DNA of 64,000 nt from Candidatus Enterousia sp. (GTDB taxonomy: Bacteria > Pseudomonadota > Alphaproteobacteria > Rs-D84), in assembly GCA_045648665.1 (NCBI GenBank), contig JAZROL010000008.1, positions 4,064 through 68,063 of the forward strand. Reading direction: 5' to 3'. A program made the translations under genes and the position numbers. Of this stretch, positions 58,599-64,000 are shown piece after piece. Numbering within the stretch: the first letter of the stretch is position 1; every line of letters begins with the position of its first letter. The notes under the pieces were generated by a model. That model ran no database searches. It was not told where the DNA came from and saw only the letters and a program-made list of their open reading frames with translations.

Positions 58599-59192
58599 AT
58601 GAACAATATGAATAATAAAAACAAACCGACCTTGTGTGGCATAGTTGCAATTGGTCCCGATAATGTTATAGGGCAATGTGGGAAAATGCCTTGGTATTCA
58701 AAGCGGGATTTTTACCATTTTAAAAATATTACAACCCCATGGCCATGTGTGTTTGGACGTAATACTTTTGATGGTTTGCCTAAAAAGCCTTTGCCAAATC
58801 GGCTTAATATAGTGTGCAGTTCGACACATAAAAATGAATTGATAGACGGTGTTTTTTATGCAGATTCTATTGAGACGGCAATAAAGTATTGTGATGAATT
58901 TGATAAAGTTTTTATTTGTGGTGGCAGTGTTTTATACAAATATGCGCTGGAAAAAAATTTAATAGATATTATGTATTTAACTAAAATTCATAGTGATAAT
59001 TTATTACAACAAATCAAACAAACACCAAAAGCGTTTACACGTTTTCCTTTTGATATAAATATGTTTTTTGATGACAAACAATGGATAACTGAACAGATTT
59101 TTTATGATACAGATAAATTGCCAATTGAAAAAGAAAACATAACATCTAATTTTTTCAAATGTGTTCGTGTGCATTCACAAAAAACAAGATAG
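58599..59192 (+). CDS. folA: dihydrofolate reductase
   Basis: GIVAIGPDNVIGQCGKMPW, VFGRNTFDGLPKKPLPNRLNIVCSS and FICGGSVLY align with DHFR conserved blocks. Confidence 0.65.
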   Translation: MNNMNNKNKPTLCGIVAIGPDNVIGQCGKMPWYSKRDFYHFKNITTPWPCVFGRNTFDGLPKKPLPNRLNIVCSSTHKNELIDGVFYADSIETAIKYCDEFDKVFICGGSVLYKYALEKNLIDIMYLTKIHSDNLLQQIKQTPKAFTRFPFDINMFFDDKQWITEQIFYDTDKLPIEKENITSNFFKCVRVHSQKTR

Positions 59193-59470
59193 TTTTATTC
59201 GTGTGGATATTCCAAGAATTTTCGTGTTCTGGGGGGCGGTCTTCATCACAAAAACATTGTGTCATTGCGAAGATTGTTTGACGAAATTGCGCTTCGCGCA
59301 ATGACCGGTAAACAATCTGTGGCAACCCAGAATATATTTACTTGTAGTGCTTGCACGACTACTTTGTTATAAACAAGTATCGACTGTCGCCGAAAGTTGT
59401 GGAGAATACCCCCACCTCCCCCCGTTCCGGGGGACTCCTCCGCAGGAGGAGAACTTTATTACCCCCCCTG

Positions 59471-60196
59471 TTATTGTGGTTGTGTTGTACGTAATCTCCA
59501 CCCTGCAAATATATATCCTGGTTTTGTTGGGTTGGTGTCTGGCAAAGTAATGCGTTGACCGTAAATACATTTTTGGGCGGCGGGTTGTACTGTCAGTGGT
59601 GTTGTTGCATTTTCATCCAAATACCATTGTAAATTTATCACTTTATAACATTGCTCAACCGACGTAGACCCAACCGGTGAATACGGCGTATCGTTTGGAC
59701 AGGGATTTAATCCCTGAGGGGTTGTTTCGTTAAATGTAAGTTGTCCACCAGTGCAATAATAGTTTTCCAAACACTGTCTGCATTCATCAACCCCGGCGGG
59801 TAAATAATATCCCGGATTACAATTATGGACATTTGGTGTAAATGTTGCCGTAATATTTGAAACATTATTATATGCTCTCAAAAAATCTTCTTTACAACCA
59901 TTTCTTATATTTTCCGTGACTTGCACTTTGAATTTATTACCCTGATCTAAATATTCATCAAAATAAAAAGTCCCACCATTACAATCATAAACATCGGGAC
60001 ACACAACACAACCGTCATTATTCGCCGGAACATAATACCCAGAATTACATTGATATTGATTAGGTGCAAAGGTAGCCAACAGCAAAGTATCATTATTTAA
60101 ACCAGATGAACAACCATTTGGGACATTAGACACTATTACTTGGTCTGCAAATGCAGGTAAAGGTATTATTAAAAATAATAACCATTTATATTTCAT
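59471..60196 (-). CDS. secreted Cys-rich protein with C-terminal Flg_new (Listeria/Bacteroides-type) repeat
   Basis: Signal peptide; many Cys; terminal ...PGYIFAGWRL. Start overlaps the stop of the upstream gene (TAATG). Confidence 0.55.
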   Translation of the reverse strand: MKYKWLLFLIIPLPAFADQVIVSNVPNGCSSGLNNDTLLLATFAPNQYQCNSGYYVPANNDGCVVCPDVYDCNGGTFYFDEYLDQGNKFKVQVTENIRNGCKEDFLRAYNNVSNITATFTPNVHNCNPGYYLPAGVDECRQCLENYYCTGGQLTFNETTPQGLNPCPNDTPYSPVGSTSVEQCYKVINLQWYLDENATTPLTVQPAAQKCIYGQRITLPDTNPTKPGYIFAGWRLRTTQPQ

Positions 60197-60975
60197 TATT
60201 GTAAAACCGGACCCGCTACAAATTGACCTGTGCCTTGGTTGTAATAAAATTTTTGTTCGACTTTATCATACATACAAGGGGTTCTATTATAATCAAGAGC
60301 GGGTATAAAATCACGGACAAGATTGTTATTATCATCATAAATCTTCACATAATATATCCTTCCTTTCATTGATTCTGATGTTAAACTTGATGAACGATTA
60401 TAAGTAAAAATATAAATTGAACCATTGTTAGAAATATAATTTGCATCTTGTGTAGATATAACTTTTTCGTTGTTAATTTTTAGATATTTATCATTATGAA
60501 CAAAACTAACTTGGAACAAATAATCTTGTCCAATATCAAATGTCGATGTTGAAGAGTAATCGCTTCCAGAAGAAATTGCCCAGTTATTTGTTGTGCGATA
60601 TCTACCGAATTTATTGCCCGCTGCAACACTTGGAAAATCACCGCCAAGAACACCAGCCCAACTGTTTTGAGAACCAACAAATCTCATCTTACCGACGGCT
60701 GTATATCCTTGTTGTTTTGGTGTATAACCTGTATTTATGTACTGTGTTCCTGTGCTTTCCAAATACTCAATCGGTCTGTAATTTAATATTTTCCATCCAG
60801 TAAAAGTATACCCGTATCTTGTTGGAGCAGTTGCTGGTAATATTAAATCGCTATCTATTACACATGTTGAATTTTCGTATACAGTTCCGTCATCATTTAA
60901 CCAATGCAAGTTTATTGTATCTGCGCATACCGTATTACAGAATAGTAATGATAATAATATTAAAAACCGTTTCAT
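60196..60975 (-). CDS. secreted protein with Flg_new-type repeat (GYTFTGW)
   Basis: Start at MKRFLILLSLLFCNTVCA (RBS GAGGGG); YGYTFTGWKI motif. Confidence 0.55.
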   Translation of the reverse strand: MKRFLILLSLLFCNTVCADTINLHWLNDDGTVYENSTCVIDSDLILPATAPTRYGYTFTGWKILNYRPIEYLESTGTQYINTGYTPKQQGYTAVGKMRFVGSQNSWAGVLGGDFPSVAAGNKFGRYRTTNNWAISSGSDYSSTSTFDIGQDYLFQVSFVHNDKYLKINNEKVISTQDANYISNNGSIYIFTYNRSSSLTSESMKGRIYYVKIYDDNNNLVRDFIPALDYNRTPCMYDKVEQKFYYNQGTGQFVAGPVLQ

Positions 60976-61011
60976 CTCTTTCCCCTCTTTTTTGAACGAC
61001 ACTAAAATTAC

Positions 61012-61291
61012 ACCGCCAAGAAACTGGCGGTCGGGGAGTTCTCAAATCATAATACGTGAATGATTCCGCGGCCTTTATATATACGCTAACGGCTCCCCAA
61101 CCAAGTGGTCAGGGATACAAACGGTGCAAGAACACCGAAAAATACCAAATAACGATGCCTTCGCACCGCACGTATTAAAGGCTTGAGATAGCCCCGAACC
61201 CAATTCCTCAGGTTCTTGTTCATTATAAAATATCGTGTTTTAAATGTAAACAGAAAAAACTTTGTGATACATAACAAAAATAATCTGGTGC
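61012..61291. repeat. structured dispersed repeat, copy B (partner 47918..48141)
   Basis: See copy A. Located immediately 5' of the minus-strand gene 60196..60975. Confidence 0.6.
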
Positions 61292-61323
61292 ATTCAGGAA
61301 AAATATGTTAAAACAAAATTATT

Positions 61324-61590
61324 ATGAAAAATAATACGATTTTACATCTTGTGTTAACAGCTTTTTGGTTCAACAAAATTGTGTCTGGGGAAAAGACGGC
61401 GGAATATCGTAAATGTTCTACATATTGGAACCGGCGATTAACAAAAGGACATTATGATACTGTTGTTTTTCATCGTGGTTATACTAGTATAACCGCCGAA
61501 TATAAAATAATTTCTATTAATATAACAACAGAAAAAAATGATTTAAATTTAGCCAAATGCTGGGAAATTAAATTGGCGCCACGTTCATAA
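61324..61590 (+). CDS. ASCH (PUA-like) domain protein
   Basis: 88 aa; ILHLVLTAFWFNKIVSGEKTAEYR matches the ASCH N-terminal beta-barrel pattern. Confidence 0.5.
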   Translation: MKNNTILHLVLTAFWFNKIVSGEKTAEYRKCSTYWNRRLTKGHYDTVVFHRGYTSITAEYKIISINITTEKNDLNLAKCWEIKLAPRS

Positions 61591-61603
61591 CAAACTAAAT
61601 TTT

Positions 61604-62638
61604 TTAATTTTGTCTTTTATTCGATTCAAGTATTATACTATTTATCTTTGCGCCCAAAATAACATCTGGCGATGATATGATATTTTTACTTTGAATCGCG
61701 TTTTGAAATTGTAATACATCGTTTGCTATATTTGGAAATTGTACAGCCTTTAATTTTATATGCACTTTATCATCTGGGTTTAAATATTTTGTGTTACCTG
61801 CATTGCCTTTTTGAACGAATACGCCGCCAAGTCCTGAATCTTTATTATAACTGTGTTCGATTACATAATCGTTAATTGGAAAATCAGGGTTTTGCAAATG
61901 TTCTTTATAAATCGGTTGATAGAAAGTAATTGATTCTTTGTTCGGTATAAATGTTTGAATCACAGGATTGGTGATTTTATTTCGACCTTTGATAAAATCT
62001 GCAGATAAAGTACCTGTGAAAACATCTTCTATCTTTACATTGGCGAGCCCAGGAAATCCAAGTCTTGAAGAAACCAAATTATTATTAGAGGCATTGAAAA
62101 AGTAATAATCGTTTATAACCATTGAAAAAGCAGATGGACAATAATTAAATAACTGCGTTTGTGTGCCATTAAAATAAATGCCTTTGTTTTCGTCGTTGGA
62201 CAATTGTAGTTTTTGAATTGATAACATTCTGTCTGTTTTTGCAACGCGAGAATCAATAAAGAAATGTGGCATAACATCTTGTTTTAATTTTGAGTCATGA
62301 TACATATTTGAAAGCCATAATCCAACACGAACTTTGTCAAACCAATCCATTAATAAACTTGCTGCTGAACCAGAAATAGCTTGCCCTGATAAAATTTTTT
62401 CTAATACTGGTTTTACAGCCGATTCCATTTTTGCATATTTAGAATTACATTCTGTGCATGCAGGAAAAGTAAAACGCATAAAAGGAATATGTTTTTCTGC
62501 GTCAGGGTATAAAGAAAATATATCCCCAGTATCTGATTTTTCTCGTCCTGTCATTCTAATCAGCCATTGCGGAATAACATGTTCCAGATTTTTATCTTTC
62601 GGTTTTTCGCCACAAAATATGCAAAATTTTTCAGACAT
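61604..62638 (-). CDS. HNH-nuclease-domain protein (344 aa) with large uncharacterised C-terminal region
   Basis: N-terminal CxxC...EHVIPQW...CTECN HNH/Zn-finger arrangement. Remaining ~270 aa not recognisable. Confidence 0.55.
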   Translation of the reverse strand: MSEKFCIFCGEKPKDKNLEHVIPQWLIRMTGREKSDTGDIFSLYPDAEKHIPFMRFTFPACTECNSKYAKMESAVKPVLEKILSGQAISGSAASLLMDWFDKVRVGLWLSNMYHDSKLKQDVMPHFFIDSRVAKTDRMLSIQKLQLSNDENKGIYFNGTQTQLFNYCPSAFSMVINDYYFFNASNNNLVSSRLGFPGLANVKIEDVFTGTLSADFIKGRNKITNPVIQTFIPNKESITFYQPIYKEHLQNPDFPINDYVIEHSYNKDSGLGGVFVQKGNAGNTKYLNPDDKVHIKLKAVQFPNIANDVLQFQNAIQSKNIISSPDVILGAKINSIILESNKRQN

Positions 62639-63246
62639 TTTAATCCTTCTTGTGTTAAGATTGTTTTACAAAAATATAGTTTGTCAACATAATTTTTGTT
62701 GTTAAAACCATAAGAAGTAATTTAGATACAGATATTGGTCAATTTTACCAGAATTTAAAGGACTGTATAAAAATCGCAGATTTTAGCCATTTTTTGATGA
62801 ATAGTTCGAGGTTTTACCAAAAAAAGCAACTTTTAAAATTGCTGACCTCGAACTTTTTTGTGGATGGAAAAAATGTAGTAATTTCAATGAATTACCCCTT
62901 CTAAACATTGTCTGAAAGGGGTGGTTATCTAACTTGGCTCAGAAATATAAACTTTGGTCGTGTAAGGGAAGTGTTAGATTTACTTGAGTTGGGTAAAAAT
63001 GTTTCAAATTTAATGCAGCGTCTTCGAATAGAAAATGTGTCAACCCAGCAGAAATCAGGCAAAATCGTCAAAATAACACCAAATTCTTATCTCTAATCAA
63101 CCGATGTGCGGATTAACCACAAAAAGTAAAAAAATATTCAAATTGCTTGACGTCGTATTGTTTTCATATAAGAATGAACGTAGAGTCGCTTTCAAAAACA
63201 TTATTTACTAAAGTGGTTCTATGAAACATATTATACGGAGAACCAT

Positions 63247-64000
63247 ATGAAGAATATATTCATAGATGGCAGTAAAGGAACGACGGGTCTTCAAATATTT
63301 GAACGGCTTTCCAAAAGACGTGATATAGAACTTATTACGCTGCCCGAAGAACTTAGGAAAAATCCTGATGCCCGCAAGGAAGCATTAAATCAGGCAGATA
63401 TTGCTTTTCTGTGTTTGCCTGACGCAGAAAGTATCGAAGCCGTCAAAATGGTTGAAAATCCAAATACTGTTATAATAGATGCATCGACTGCACACAGAAC
63501 AAATGATAATTGGACTTATGGTTTTGCTGAATTACCATGTCAGGAAGAAAAAATAAGAAACTCTAAAAGAATCGCGAACCCTGGTTGTCACGCCAGTGGT
63601 TTTATTGCTTTGGTTGCACCTCTTGTACAATATGGACTGGTTCCACCAAACACGATTCTTTCTGCATATTCTTTAACAGGCTATTCTGGGGGCGGAAAGA
63701 AAATGATTGCAGAATATGAATCTGATGACAGACCTGCCCTGTTTGCGGCACCAAGAATCTACGGACTTTCGCAAGAACATAAACATTTACCAGAAATGCA
63801 AAAAGTTTGCGGATTGAAAAACGCACCTTTGTTTTCGCCAATTGTTTCCAATTTTTACAAAGGCATGACCACAGTTGTATTTTTACCTGCACGATCATTA
63901 TTTGGTAAAATTGAAGATATTAAATACTTATATAAATCATTATATGTAAATGGTTTGGTTCATTTCGCCAAAAACAACGACGAAAATGGATTTTTGTCTA
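63247..64000 (+). CDS. argC: N-acetyl-gamma-glutamyl-phosphate reductase (short type), 3'-truncated by the window edge
   Basis: MKNIFIDGSKGTTGLQI, active-site NPGCHASG Cys motif. Open to the window end. Confidence 0.75.
   Translation, partial: MKNIFIDGSKGTTGLQIFERLSKRRDIELITLPEELRKNPDARKEALNQADIAFLCLPDAESIEAVKMVENPNTVIIDASTAHRTNDNWTYGFAELPCQEEKIRNSKRIANPGCHASGFIALVAPLVQYGLVPPNTILSAYSLTGYSGGGKKMIAEYESDDRPALFAAPRIYGLSQEHKHLPEMQKVCGLKNAPLFSPIVSNFYKGMTTVVFLPARSLFGKIEDIKYLYKSLYVNGLVHFAKNNDENGFLS

Noticed and set aside
58599-59192. Trimethoprim-resistance dfr cassette next to the integrase
   Set aside because: Composition and codon usage look like the surrounding genes. There are no integron attC/attI features. 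More likely the organism's own folA.
48141-61012. A 13-kb genomic island bounded by the two ~270-bp direct repeats (copies A and B)
   Set aside because: The interval contains core genes (tRNA-Leu, rpmB, clpB, mscS, murI, rpsU). The repeats are better explained as a shared leader or promoter module.

Overview
AT-rich window (roughly mid-30s % GC by eye) from a diderm bacterium. The gene content (short ProRS without editing domain, long-tailed L28, HU/IHF) weakly suggests a low-GC alphaproteobacterium-like, host-associated organism.

**Core content.** Housekeeping genes are interleaved with an unusually large number of secreted proteins, beta-barrel outer-membrane proteins and repetitive surface proteins. 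Housekeeping genes supported by clear motifs include rpmF-plsX, mraZ, ldh/mdh, proS, glyQS, lgt, ppdK, nrdD-nrdG, rpmB, clpB, mscS, murI, rpsU, folA-like and argC (3'-truncated at the window end). Five tRNAs are present: Arg-CCT, Thr-TGT, Ser-TGA, Leu-CAA and Ala-TGC.

**Most striking finding.** A shufflon-like architecture sits immediately downstream of plsX. A 907-aa signal-peptide-bearing, Cys-rich protein (2575..5298, minus strand) has its last ~190 codons arranged tail-to-tail with a promoterless paralogous C-terminal cassette (about 2003..2545, plus strand). The pair is bracketed by a perfect 37-bp inverted repeat (2009..2045 and 2994..3030) that encodes the same peptide in the same frame in both copies. 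A second, 24-bp inverted repeat lies at the conserved extreme C-termini. This is the geometry of a site-specific DNA-inversion (or gene-conversion) system that swaps a receptor-binding-like C-terminal domain. No invertase gene is adjacent.

**Other notable items:**
- A class III RNR (nrdD) whose glycyl-radical motif lies in a separate 59-aa ORF with its own RBS, downstream of the Zn-ribbon end of nrdD.
- tRNA genes carrying nearby duplicated 5' or 3' fragments (Ser, Ala, Leu): integration scars.
- A tyrosine integrase followed by folA-like, two Flg_new-repeat secreted proteins, an ASCH protein and a 344-aa HNH nuclease.
- A roughly 270-bp structured repeat present twice, with apparent compensatory changes, upstream of accessory genes.
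- An olsB/olsA-like aminolipid acyltransferase pair.
- Tandem NrdR boxes upstream of nrdD.
- Several palindromic TTGACA-type operators.
- A multi-ACP-like / ACP / alpha-beta hydrolase trio.
- Several paralogous families of secreted proteins.

No CRISPR array, rRNA or obvious transposase was seen.
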